Positions 24,681-36,900 of a DNA stretch of 63,852 nt are shown here, piece after piece. The notes under the pieces were generated by a model that was not told the DNA's origin, ran no database searches, and saw only the letters and a program-made list of their open reading frames with translations. Source of the DNA: Sminthopsis crassicaudata (Eukaryota); contig NC_133619.1 in NCBI RefSeq assembly GCF_048593235.1, positions 14,150,602-14,214,453 of the forward strand, in the 5' to 3' direction. Position 1 is the stretch's first letter; each line of letters begins with the position of its first letter. A program made the translations under genes and the position numbers.

Positions 24681-24864
24681 TTTCTTAAAACAATCCTCAC
24701 AAGACATGGGATCAAGGCCTCTCCCAGCCCTGGTTGCTCTCCTTTGGAAACTTTCCCGTTCATTAATGACTGAAAGTTGGATGCAATACTCTAGATGAGA
24801 TATAACAAGGGAAGAGACAGCAGAATCAGCACCATCCCATTCTGGCAGCCACAACTTCCCAAGA

Positions 24865-25000
24865 AGAAGTTCAGAAAGTTGCAAGAAGAATTAAACAGCA
24901 AAACTTTACTAGTGGGGAATATCAACCTTGCTCTCTTAGAACAAGATAAATCGAACTACAAAATAAATAAGAAAGAAGCTAAGGAGGTAATTAGAATTCC
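24865..25000 (+). mobile_element. Isolated L1 endonuclease fragment
   Basis: LQEELNSKTLLVGNINLALLEQDKSNYKINKKEAKEV; compare 36080-36200. Confidence 0.8.
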
Positions 25001-26149
25001 AATATAGCCCAAGACTGAATTGGCCTCTTGGGGCTGCTATGTCACACTGATGACCCATACTGAGCTCAAAGTCAATAGTATCAAAGGCACAGAGGGATAG
25101 GGATGGATGAAGACTAAGAAAAGATCATTGACATATATAACCAGGGGCAAAGACTCCTTATTGATGGGTATTGATCACTTGAGGCAGTACATCTGTGGGA
25201 GGGATAGAGTTGGTAGGAGCTTGGGAAAGGAGAGATTTTTTTAGACCTTCTGATTTCCAGCTTTAAAGGGAGAGAAGGCATAAAGTTCTAAGTTATTTTC
25301 AGGGAGAGTTATTAGAAGGGAAAGAAAGACTCTGGGAAGAAACTGACATGTAGAAGAGGAGTTATCTCCATCATGTCCCTGTCTTATACCAGAGGGAATT
25401 TCCCCTTTGGTGAGATTAGGGAATTTTTCTCTTGGTTGAATTGAGCTATCTCTCCCAATAGAAAAGCTCATTCACTCTGTATATCATCTGATATAGTCTC
25501 ATGTGTATATTTTCTCTGATTTCTCTTTGCTATTGGTTTAGATAAGTGAGTTTATTTGCTATTTACCATGTGTAGTTTTTCTGCAACTGTCATTTGGTAA
25601 GAAAGGAGTCAAGTCTCGGATACATAGCTTAGAACACTTCTCTATGAAAAGATATTGGTCAGGAGTGCAGCTTATATCTAAAAGTATTTCTTCTAGGCTT
25701 ATAATATTTAAGGGAAAGATAAATACTCTAGTAGAACATAGTGGCCCAGCCTTGCAGGGACAATTTTCTGCTCCCTCTAAGTCAAGAAGCAGGAAAGGAT
25801 GGATAGAAGAGACTAGAGGTATCTTTTCATGATGTGACCCTTTGAGTCACATCTAGACAGAACCATGTGTTTATTTTGGGGGAAAAAAGTTTTGTTGTTG
25901 TATTTATATGTCTTTCTAGTTTAAGACTCAGATATTTAATGCATTTTGATATTTTTGATGAAATTTCTTTTCCTATTTTTTTTCTCCTGGGTTTTATTAG
26001 CAAAGTTATGAAAAAAATAATTATTTTTCTCTTTTTAAGTCTTACAATATCACTTTGATAAAGCTATGAACTGCTGGAGTTATGTTGATATTGTTGATTC
26101 TCTAAGGTTCTCTAAGTAATCTGTCATATTATCATCAATAAAATAATAA

Positions 26150-26310
26150 TAATACCAACTAGTATTTATTTAATGCCTTAAGGTTTGCAAGGACTCCCTA
26201 TGAATATTATTTCATTTTATCCTCACGATAACTCTGGGAGACAGGTACTATTATTATTTTATTATATAGATAAGAAAGCAGACAGATAGCATTTGAGGAT
26301 TTTGCCTAGA
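26150..26310 (-). mobile_element. MIR SINE
   Basis: taaggtttgcaagg...ttatcctcacgataactctgggagacaggtactattatt. Confidence 0.7.
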
Positions 26311-28334
26311 GTCACATATATCAAACAAGATAATGTATACATGGATACCTTAAAGCTCTCTATAAACATCACTTAGTATGAACATATTTTTATCATGAAG
26401 CTTTTGGTAGAGCAAGCTCACACAGGCACTGAAGAGCATTGCATATTATTATATGATGAGGAATTCTGAAAAGCTTGGAACTTGTGGACTCTTGGGAAGT
26501 TGGACAACTTGTACCCACGTATCCCTGAAGGTCATTTGATTCAGTTAGTAAAAGGAATAAGATTAGTCGTTTTGGTGGAGGAATGACAATATAGCAGAAA
26601 AAAAATGGACCAGCCAGACACAGAAACATTTAGTAACCTTAGTTCCCAGAGAGGAAAAAGCTTTATATTCCATTTATAAATCATGGCATCAAAAGTCCAA
26701 CTCTCAGCCATGATGATTATAAGTTTATTCTTTTTCTTTTTTGCTGAAGATGAGCTGGTCCAGTGTAATCATAACCAAGTCTTAACTAGGGCTAAGTGGC
26801 TAGGACTTTGCCCCAACGTGACTAATATAAAGAGTGCTGAAATCACTTTGGGTTTTTAACCAAAATATACATCTGAGCTTAGTACCAAGTCATCAAGAAA
26901 AAAATTATAATTAAGAGGCTCATATTTTCTGTCTCCATGAACTCTTATTGCCCACCTGGGTTAGCTATACCTTCTCTCTCCCCTGCTCCTGTGCCCTCAT
27001 CCTAAATCCCCTAAAAGCCTCCCTAGTGTCAGACTCAAGGTCTCTTGGTTTTATATATCATTTGATACCGTTGCTGACCCAGGAGGAAAAAATGCTCCTT
27101 ATCACTTTAATCACAGTCACCTGCTGCTCCCCAAGATGACAAACTCATGTTTTATAATTAGTGTCCAGAAGAGGGCATTGGCCGTTCCTAGCATCTCCCT
27201 TTTCAGGGGCTGTGTGTTAGTGACTCTGAATTAGAAGGATGCAAAGGAACATTCTCAGAGAAAGTGCAAAGATTGCTCTTGGCTTTGTCCAGAGGTTAAA
27301 TGGATAGAATGATAGGTCTTAGAATCAGGAAGACTTGGCTCTTGTTTTCTGTGTCATTTAACCTCTACTTGCCTCAATTTCCTCAGCTACAAAATTGGAA
27401 TAATAATAATGGTGTCAGATGGATATAAATCCATGTCATGTGGGTTAATTTTGGGTGGCCAAAGGGCAATGAAAAGATGTATGATTTTTACATATGGAAT
27501 TCATATTATCAGTGATGGCCTGTGTTTGAAAAGTAATATGCTGGAAAGCAAAGATGTCCATGACTCAAAAAGTAAGAGGAAGGAAAATAGATCTCATCCA
27601 GTTGTGGTGCTGGTATCTCTGAAGTGTTCAAGGGTCTGCTCTGTGAAGTCCTCCAGAGTTGGGCAAGCCATCTTTGAAGAGGTTGAGGAAGAAACTGATA
27701 GGGAGCACTTGAAGTGCTCAGTAACTCATGCACAATTTCCTAGGTGTGCCTAGGTTAGATCCAAGAGGGAATATCCCTTCCCGTCCCTGCAAGCAGCTCA
27801 TAGAGCCATCTATTTATGAAATAAGGATGCCATTGATCCATTGATCCATTGATTCACTCCTTCATTCCTCCAGACTAACTTTTAAACAAGTTCCCCAAGG
27901 TGTCACACTCTGCTCCATTTGCCACACATCTGTCATTTAAAAAAGAACACAAATGAGATGTTATTCAGTAGATATTAGAGGCAGCAAAAATTGTTAGATT
28001 AATGTGCTGGGCTTGGAAGTCAGGAAGATGGCCTCCAAGATCCCTTTGAACCTTAAATCTGGGATTCTCAGATTTTATCACACTAGAGAGTGGCTAAGGC
28101 CACACAGTGGGTATCTGAGCCTGGATCAAACAGTCTTCCCAACTTTAAGCCCAATGCTCTATCCATGATGGAATACTCACCCTCTGTCCAGTGAGAAAAG
28201 ATCAGAAAATCAGAGCAAAGGGTACCCAGGCTTTTATTTACTTGGCTCTTAAAACACAGTCCCTGGGGATATTATAAGTGCTTAATAAATGCTCTTCCCC
28301 TAGTTTTGTATTTTAAAACCACCTTTTCCAAATC

Positions 28335-28545
28335 TCTGGAGTAAATGCAAGCATTCAGGTACAAGGGGGTTATTTTGTTTTGTTTTTCTGGACTCCATGA
28401 GTCCAGGTTTGAGTAATGGCATTTTATTAAAATAGGTTTTCTTTGTAATCCCATATATTTTATTTTATACATTTAAGATCATTTTTCTAAAAAGAGATCC
28501 ATCAACTTTTCCAGATTGTCCAAAGGGTCCATAAGGTTAAAGCTT
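28335..28545. mobile_element. Charlie-like hAT relic (same family as 4797)
   Basis: tttgtaatcccatatattttattttatacatttaa...aagggtccataaggttaa. Confidence 0.6.
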
Positions 28546-28654
28546 CTTATATTAGAATGCATGCTTCTTGAGGGCAGGGAGTGCTTTATTTGTGGCTTTG
28601 TACCATATACAGTATCATAATAGGAACTCAATAAACATGTTTGGAATTGAATTC

Positions 28655-28820
28655 AATTGAAGATAATATCTCCAGTCATCTTGATCTATATCTTGCCAAT
28701 GGACACCAATGGCTCTAGAGGGGAAAGTGAGGCAGGTGACCTTGTCCAGCCCTCCCCCACTTCAATTCACTTTCATATCATGACATCACCTCCCTGTTGC
28801 CATGGTCTTCTTGGAGAAAA
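28655..28820 (+). mobile_element. Marsupial RTE-type SINE (WALLSI/RTESINE group)
   Basis: atctccagtcatcttgatctatatcttgcc...aaagtgaggcaggtgac...catcacctccctg. Confidence 0.7.
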
Positions 28821-30018
28821 CAGCTCATGACCCCACAAAGTCTTCTTTACATTCCATTTTTAAGACTTTGAATATTCACCATTCTTTCCTGCAAGAAAAG
28901 GAAACAGACTCATCCTTTCTTTCTTTTTTCTTCCAGGAATTTTTGAATTCTTGTATCTAGTTCTTAAATCTTGGCTATTTATGTTTATTAATGACTTGTA
29001 GAGTTGTTTTGGTGTTACTAATATTGGAGAGAAGAAAGCTGGCATTCAGAGCAAATGATCTTGCTTCCATGGAACAGTAAGTCCTGTTTTTATCTCTGAT
29101 TACTGACTTAGTGATGATACACCATCAAACAGATTTCCAGAAATGCTCAAGCTTTTTCTAATCATGTGAAATTTGGAACTCAAGGCCAAGATATGAAAAA
29201 TGTTATTTCCATTACCATAAAATGGAACTTTAGTAGTTGCTGGTGTGAGGGAATAACAACAGTGATCTTTTATCCAGGACCTAGGAAAAAAAACAGTTGC
29301 CCCTCAGTGGCGAGAAGCAATTTATTATACCCTGGTATAATAAGTTCCTTGAACAATCCTGTCACTTGTGATTAATTCTGTGCACAATGATTAGAAAAGC
29401 ATTTCTACTCTGGGGCAAATCAGACTCTAGCAAATGGGGTGCACATGGCTCATCCAATCGACATTCATTTCAAAGCCGATGTCCCAGAGCTCGCCATAGT
29501 TGGGTAGACGTTCACGTTGGGATGCAAAGCTTAGGATGGCCACAGTGGATTAAGAAGTGACACAGATGTACAAATGCTTTGGAAAACTTTCATAAGGAAA
29601 CCATTTTAATGGCTTCTGAGATCTGAGAATGACGGTGACAAAGCTGTTAGAAAACATCTCAAAATGGTCTCTTTGTCCATTTGAAATATAAATCATCTGT
29701 TTGTTAATATCTAGAAATGCCCACAGATTTACAACAAAGTAACAAACTGTAAGCAAAATTCATCTAATTTTAATATATTTTAGCCCACAAAGTCCAAAGC
29801 ATTTGGGAATATAGGTTTTTAAATCTGATTCTGTACTCATAATCAATCATTCTGCATGCAATGGTAAAGTGGGTGTTAGGCATTGTACTAAACACCAGCA
29901 GCTAATTCCTCACCCTCCCTCAAGTCTATATTGGTTAATATTTACTTTTCATGTACCTATATATGTGTGTGTTTTCTCTACCAATAATACAAGCTCCCTT
30001 CGAGAAAAAGCTATATCT

Positions 30019-30155
30019 AGGGCAGCAAGTGGTACAGTAGATAGAGCACCAGCCCTGAAGTCAGGAGGACCTGAGTTCAAATTTGTCCTCAGACACTTAA
30101 TACTTCCTATCTGTGTGACTCTGGGCAAGTCACTTAGCCCCTATTGCCTTAGCAA
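30019..30155 (+). mobile_element. WSINE1-type SINE
   Basis: gggcagcaagtggtacagtagatagagcaccagccctgaagtcaggaggacctgagttcaaat; A10 tail; degenerate TSD. Confidence 0.9.
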
Positions 30156-30199
30156 AAAAAAAAGACTGTATCATGTTTTTTATTTTTGCTTCTTATCCC

Positions 30200-30365
30200 A
30201 GGGTTTTATGATCTAGAGTGAGGGAGACCTCAGAGGCAATCTACTCTGACCTGGTTAACTTTTTACAGATGAGGAAACTGAGATCCAGAGAAATTTAAAT
30301 AATGTCCAAGGTCAACTAAGTAGAAAGTAGCAGAGGTCAAATTTGAACTCAGGTCCTTTGCCTCT
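30200..30365 (-). mobile_element. MIR3-type SINE
   Basis: gagggagacctcagaggcaatctact...tttacagatgaggaaactgag. Confidence 0.7.
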
Positions 30366-30662
30366 AGTCGGTATTATTACTGTTTACCAAATGAATATCC
30401 TCAAAGAATATCAAATATCCTCCTAGAGGGATGTGACTATACGTGCACTGATTTTGTGCCTAAGACAAGATGTTAGGATTGTGCTTCCTTAGCCTAAAGG
30501 AATGCTGTCTTTGGAAGAGAAGCCATCTTTTCATTTGTTTTCTGGATTTTTTATCTTTGTGAACTGGAGTGGAATTCTGGATCTGCAGATGAATAAAACA
30601 CAAGGGGTAGAGGAAACAGACAAAGTGTTTTCGGAAATGGTGAAGAGTTGAGAGAACTCTTT

Positions 30663-30920
30663 AGATCAGGACTTCTTTAACTCCATGGTGTAAATTTAAG
30701 AAATAGTAATATTATTCAAAAAGAATTGTTTTTATTTGTAGTACTTTAATTTTGCCCCAATCTTTTATAAAAACCTTGTTTTAAGAAAGGTTCCGGGAGG
30801 GAGTGGAGGGAGGGAGGGGATAATTTGGAAAAATGAATAAAAAAATAAAAAAAGAAAAAAAAGAAAGGTTCCATGGCCTTTACTGGGGGTCCATGATTAA
30901 AAAAAGGCGAAGCACCCTGC
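30663..30920. mobile_element. Charlie-like hAT relic carrying a 66-bp L1 micro-insertion
   Basis: Ends caggacttctttaac and ggcgaagcaccctg; insertion at 30795-30860. Confidence 0.6.
30795..30860 (+). mobile_element. 66-bp L1 3'UTR micro-insertion
   Basis: TSD aagaaaggttcc at 30783-30794 and 30861-30872; body matches the reverse complement of 9588-9632. Confidence 0.85.
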
Positions 30921-31379
30921 TTTAGACAAAGGCACCTTGAAGAGATCCACATTTCTCCTAAATTTAAAGGGGAAGATGTAGATTTCTTTGGAATTTCACT
31001 GGTTCAAGAATTACTTGGTTTTATATAGCAATTCTAAGAAATAATTTCTGTGAAAATTACCTTCATGCCTTTGGTGTGAAAAGTAAAACACATTGAGATC
31101 AATGTAGTTTTTCCCGGGGAATTGGCCATCTGAATCAACCCAATTCCCAAAAACATCCATCTTTTTTAAGACAAAGATTCTTTGGTCTCATTCCTGGCTG
31201 GAAGTTTCTTTCTGATTCATTTTCTACTGACTGAACTTATAAAACATCTTGAAACCCATCTACTGCAATCCTACAGATTTTACAGATGAAAAAATGAAGG
31301 CGTAATGAAGTTAATGACTTACCTGAGATCATCTAGTTAGTAATAGAATTGAAACCATGTCTTTTGTTTTCCAGTTGCT

Positions 31380-31800
31380 GTCTCCACTTTGTCTTTTTCC
31401 ACACTCCCCAGCCTATTGTAAACTGACTTCCAATCTTCTCATTCAACTGAAATGGTTCTCTCCAGAGTTACCAATGATCTCCTTATTTCCAGATCTGATT
31501 AGTTTTTCTCAGTTACCTCCTGCATTTTGACTTTGTTGCTCATTCTGTCCCTGCTACTCTCTCCTTTCTGGCTCTTCTCTTTTGTATGACACTCCTTCCC
31601 GTAGCAACTATTGCAATATTTTGGGCATGAGGTGATAAGGGCTGGGGACCATGTCAGAAGAGAGAAGGGGGCATATTGGAGAGGTGCTGCAGAGGTGAAA
31701 TTCACCTTGGCAATAAACTGGATTTAGTGAGATGAGATACGGTGAGGAGTCCAAGACAATTCCAAGGTTGTGAGTCTGAGGGACTGAGAGGATGGTGTCT
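31380..31800. mobile_element. L2 ORF2 relics in opposite orientations (plus 31380-31610, minus 31610-31800)
   Basis: cattcaactgaaatggttctctccagagttaccaatgatctcc (plus strand); ccaaggttgtgagtctgagggactgagaggatggtg (antisense motif). Confidence 0.65.
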
Positions 31801-31889
31801 TCCTCTCAGTTCTGTTCTGGGTCCCGTTTTCGTCTCCCTCTACATTCTGTCTCTTGGTAACTCCAGCAGCTCCATTGAGTTAATATACA

Positions 31890-32687
31890 TAAAATGCTAT
31901 ATAAATAAATGTTAAACTTTGTTATAATTCATAGGTTGGACACACTATGGATGCTGACATCTAGTCCATTTGGATACCAAGTAACCTCCTATGGCCACAG
32001 TTTCCTTATCTTTACATTGGCAGTTACATTGGCTTTATAAACCTTAAAATGCTATATGAATAAATGTTAATCTTTGTCATAATTCGTGGGTCAGACATAG
32101 TATGGATGCTGACATCTACCGTGTTTCCCCGATAATAAGACAATTATTTTTTTTTTTGAACAGAAAAACACCAGAGGGCTTATTTTCAGGGGAAGGCTTA
32201 TTTTAATGAACATTGACAGCAATTTTAATAAACAGATAAATGTGAACAAAAAAAAATGTACCTTTATTCAATAATGATCATGTCATCTTCTTCAACAACA
32301 TCGTCATAAGTGTCCATACCCTGAATTCCGTCCTGGATGTCTTGCGCCTCCATTTCCTTCAGAAGAAGTGGACCCAATCTGTCATGTCCAGCAATATCAC
32401 TTCTGCAGCTCTGATTGGATGCAGCTCCGAGAGCGGCGTGCGCTTCTGGGGGGGGGGGAGTGCATACAGAGGGTACTGTAATGTCGCATGTAGTGCAGGG
32501 GATCACCTTCACTACAGTAGCAATCTCAATAGGGTTTATTTTGGGGGAAAGCTTATTTTAGAGGAATCTTACACAGTAAGGGGAGGGCTTATTTTGGGGA
32601 TAGGTCTTATTATGGGGAAACACAGTAGTTCATATGGATACCAAGTAACCTGACATGGCCACAGTTTCCTTATCTTTACATTGGTAG
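31890..32687. repeat. 155-bp tandem duplication; the second copy is interrupted by a DNA transposon
   Basis: taaaatgctatat starts at 31890 and 32045; homology resumes at 32628. Confidence 0.92.
32119..32625. mobile_element. 507-bp non-autonomous TcMar (Tc2/pogo-like) DNA transposon
   Basis: TIRs CCGTGTTTCCCCGATAATAAGAC (32119-32141) and GTCTTATTATGGGGAAACACAG (32604-32625); TA TSD at 32117-18 and 32626-27; subterminal gggcttatttt repeats. Confidence 0.93.
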
Positions 32688-33689
32688 ATATAATAGTTGC
32701 TCTACAGTGATCTGGGGAACAATTGTTATAATCCTCCAACTACTGCATTGATGTGACCCAGTGTTAGAATAATAAAGGTTTCATAGAGTCATGATTTCAG
32801 AATTAGAAAGAACCTTTCAACCTGCTCCTTTAATACATGAGAGATGGTGCAGCCCAGAGACATGATATGTGCTCATAATCTCAGGGTCAGGAAATAGCAG
32901 AAATGGGCTACAAAACCCAGATGTTCTTACTCCATATTTCACACTCTTTCCACATTGGCACAATGCAGCAGCTCAGCATAGAACCAGTGTGACATACAAG
33001 CAATTTGGGGTTACTTAGGGATGTTCTTGGGCCATGTGGGACATTGTATATGCATAGCAGTGGTGGTGGTTAATAATTTTATGTCTTTCCAGAGACCTTT
33101 GTAAAACCGGCCTCTAAAGACTAACCGAATGGGAGAAAATAATTTGAATATGCTTTTGTCCTTTTGCCCTTTGTTGTTATGAAGACAGGCTGTACTTTAA
33201 CGGGCCCATGTGGCCAAAGATATTAAAAGAACTAAATATAGCTGCTATGTATTGCCAAAATACTCTGTAAGTAAATGTTAGAGATCATTATTTTTTTTCT
33301 CATGGAAAAAAATTTTTAATATCATGGATAGCAAGAAGAAATGGGGGTCCATATAAGAGAGAATCAAAAATGATTCATTTTGAAGAAACTGCATGGTTGG
33401 TATGGCTTTGGGGAGGACTCTTGAATCAGTTAGTCATTCAACAAGCATTTTTTAAGGTTCCAGACACTGTGCTAATTACTACAAGTACAAATTAAATAAA
33501 TGAAACAATCCCTACTGGGAAAAAGCTTACATGCCTTCCTTAAAATATCTACAAGATTCCCTCATTTAGGATCAACTAATTGATCAAAACATTTACTTAG
33601 TTCTTATTATGTGCTAAAAATCGGAGGTACAAAGAAAAAAATACTGCTTTTCCTCAAGGAGATTACATTCTATAAATGGAGAGAACAAG

Positions 33690-33830
33690 GATTTGATTGT
33701 TGTCCTTTGTATTTGAGGATCAAAATGACATCGCTATAGTGATATCAAGCTTCAGTGGGCCTGACTGTGGCTAATCAGACCAATAGGAGCTCAAAAGATT
33801 CTAGCACAGGTGAGACACAAATAATCCAAC
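33690..33830 (-). mobile_element. Marsupial RTE-type SINE fragment
   Basis: gttgtcctttgtatttgaggatcaaaatgacatc...ctgactgtggctaatcagaccaataggagctc. Confidence 0.6.
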
Positions 33831-33944
33831 AAGTAATTAAGTGTATACTAAGTATATGGGATATTGTAGATATAAACAAATTAAATACAAGGTTTATGGA
33901 GGGAGGAGGATGCTGGTGGCTGGGGTAGAGATTAAGAATGGGAT

Positions 33945-36900
33945 TTAGAGAAGATGGCAAAAAGTAGATGGGTCTTTGTCTGGGCTCCTCCCAGCTTCCC
34001 TCAGATCAACAGCAGATCAAGCCTCTGAACTGGTTTTGGAGTGACAGAACCCACAAATATTTGGAGTGTAACAAATTTCCAGAAGATATTTTGGAAGAAC
34101 TTCAGGCTCAATCAGGCAGTAGGAGGTAGGAGAAGAGGAAGTTGCAGGCCAGTGCAGGTGTGGAGCAGCACAGCGTAGTGCAGGGAGAACCAGGACCTCT
34201 GCATTGGGGGAATGTTTTGGAAGGCTTGTTGCCAAAATAAAGCAGCATTGGCTACTCTGCCCTGGTCCAGAAGCTAGTTAATCAGCAGGCTTGCTGTGAG
34301 ACCTCCAATGCCTCCAGAAGGCAAATAGTGAGCCCCTGAACCCCAGCATAATGTGGCATTTGACCACACCCACCCAGCCTGAAGGAAACCCACAGCACAT
34401 GCCCCAGAGGAGCATTAAGCTGCTGTCATCTGTGGGAGAAGCTTGGGAAAATCTTTTCTTTGCCCTAGGAGCAGACTTCAATCTTTAAAAATGAGCCAAA
34501 AAGCAAAAAGAGCTCTAACCATAGATAGTTTTATGGAAACAGAGAAGAACAGACCTCAAATCCTGAACACACTGAAGGCAAAACATCTCCAGATGAAAGC
34601 TCAAAGAGTGATATAAATTGGTCTTCATCTCACAAGCTTTTCTTGGAAGAATTAAAAAAGATATTAAAAGAAAATTAGAAGAAAAGTGGGGAAAGGAAAT
34701 GAGAGTTTTGGAAAAGGAAACACAGAAATCATCTGAAGGAAAACACTTCTTAAAGAATAGTTTTGACAAAATGGGAAATGAAATCAACTCCTTGAAAAAC
34801 AATTTCTGAAATGTAAAAAAAAAATCAAATGAACTCATTTTAAAATTCAATTAGCCAAATGTAAAAGGACATACAAAAGCTAACTGAAGAAAATAATTCA
34901 CTAAACATAAGAATTGAACAAATGGAAACAAATAGCTCAATGAGATATCAAGAATCAAACAAAACAAAAAATAATAGAAGAAAATGTAAAATCCTCATTG
35001 GGAAAACAACTGACCTGGAAAATAGATTCAGGACAGACAATCTAAGAATTCCTGGAGTCCCTGAAAACCACAAAGATGTAAAGAGCCTACACAACATATA
35101 AATTATCAAGGAAAATTACTCTGATGTTCTAGACCAGAGGGGAAAATAGATATTAAAAGAATCTACCAATCACCTCTTGAAAGCGATCCAAAAATGAAAA
35201 CTCCAAGAAATATTCTAGCTAATTCCAGAATTATTAGATCAAGATGAAAATACTACAACTGGACAGAAAGAAACAATTCAAATATCAAGAAGCCACAATC
35301 AGGATTATCCAGGACCTAGCAGTTTCCACTTTAAAGGCTCAAAGGGCCTGGAATATGATAATCTGGAGCACAAAGGAACTTGGACTTCAGCCAAGAATCA
35401 ACAATCCAGCAAAACTGAGTATTATCTGTCAGGGTAAAGGATGGAATGTTTTGAATATTTCAATGAAATAGGTGAATTTAATTTATTTTTGATGAAAAGA
35501 TCAGAGCTGAACAGAAAATTTGATCTTCAAATACAGAATTCAAAAGAAGGATAAAAAGAAAAAAAGGAAGAAAGAAGTATGTTTTTTAAAAGCTAAAATG
35601 CTTACATGCTTATATGGAAAGATGACATGTTTAACTGTTGAGAACTATATATTTTTAGAGATAAACTTAGAAGGTATAGGACAATTTGACTTTACTGTGA
35701 TGATATAAAAAAGAAGCTACAAATGCAAAAGGGATTGTACTGGAAGAAGATGGAAGAAGAGGTAAAATAGGATAAATAACATCACATGAAGAGGCAAAAA
35801 AGATATATTACAGTTGAGGGAAAGAAGGGGATGAGCACTGTTAATCTCATTGAATTTGGCTCAAAGAGATAAAAAAAAAATAAAAGTAAAAATACAGAGT
35901 AAAGATAATAGGCTAGAGCAGAATCCTGCTCTCAGATCAAATAAAAGCAAAAAATAGGTGTAATTAAAAGAGATAAGGAAGGAAACTAAATCTTGCTAAA
36001 GGGTACCAAAATAATGAAGTAATATCAATACTAAACATCTATGCACTAAGTGGCATAGCATCCAAGTTCCTAGAGAAGAAGTTAAGAGAGACATAAGAAG
36101 AAACAGACAGCAAAACTATCTTAGTGAGGGATTTCAACCTTGCTCTATCAGAACTAAATCAAACCACAAGATATATAAGAAAGAAATTAAAGGAGTAAAT
36201 AGAATTTTAGAAAAGTTAGGTATGATAGACTTTTGTAGAAAATTGAAGGAGATAGAAAGGAATATACTTTTTTTCCAGTGGTACATGGAACCTACATTAA
36301 AAACTGACCATGTATTAGGGCATAAAAATCTCAAAATCAAATGCAGAAAAGCAGAAATAGCAAGTACATCTTTTTCAGATTGTGATGTAATAAAAATTGT
36401 ATGTAATAAAGGGGCAGGGAAATAGACCAAATATTAATTGGAAACTAAATTCTCTAATCCTGAGGAATGAGTGGGTGAAATAATAAATCATAAAAACAAT
36501 TGGTAATTTCATCCAAGAAAATGACAATAATGAGACAATACACCAAAATTTACTAAATGCAGCCAAGGCAGTTCTTAGGGGAAGTTTTATATTTCTAGAT
36601 ACTTACTTGCATAAAATAGAGGGAAAAAATCAATGAATTTGGCATGCAACTGAAAAAGAGCAAATTAAAAACTCGCAATTAAATACCATATTTGATATTT
36701 GGCAAATAAAAGGAGAGATGAATAAAACTTAAAATAAGAAAACTATTGAATTAATAAACAAAGCTAAGAATTGGTTTTTAAGGGAAAAAACAACAAAATA
36801 GAAAAATCTTTAGTTAACTTGATTAGAAAAAGGAAAGAAAATCAAATTATTAATATCAAAAATGAAAAGGGTGAATTTTCAACCAACAAAAAGAAAATTA

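Larger units (their letters stand above)
23735..25080 (-). mobile_element. L3/CR1 relic broken by three later insertions
   Basis: Minus-strand SLVISHLEYCIQL...ESFQRRATRAGRGLDPMSCED matches the CR1 RT C-terminus LVRPHLEYCVQ...RVQRRAT; CR1 tail gaatcacagaatt at 23735. Confidence 0.8.

Noticed and set aside
32264-32653. ORFs inside the Tc2-like element as a functional transposase or gene
   Set aside because: Too short, with no DDE/D or helix-turn-helix motif.
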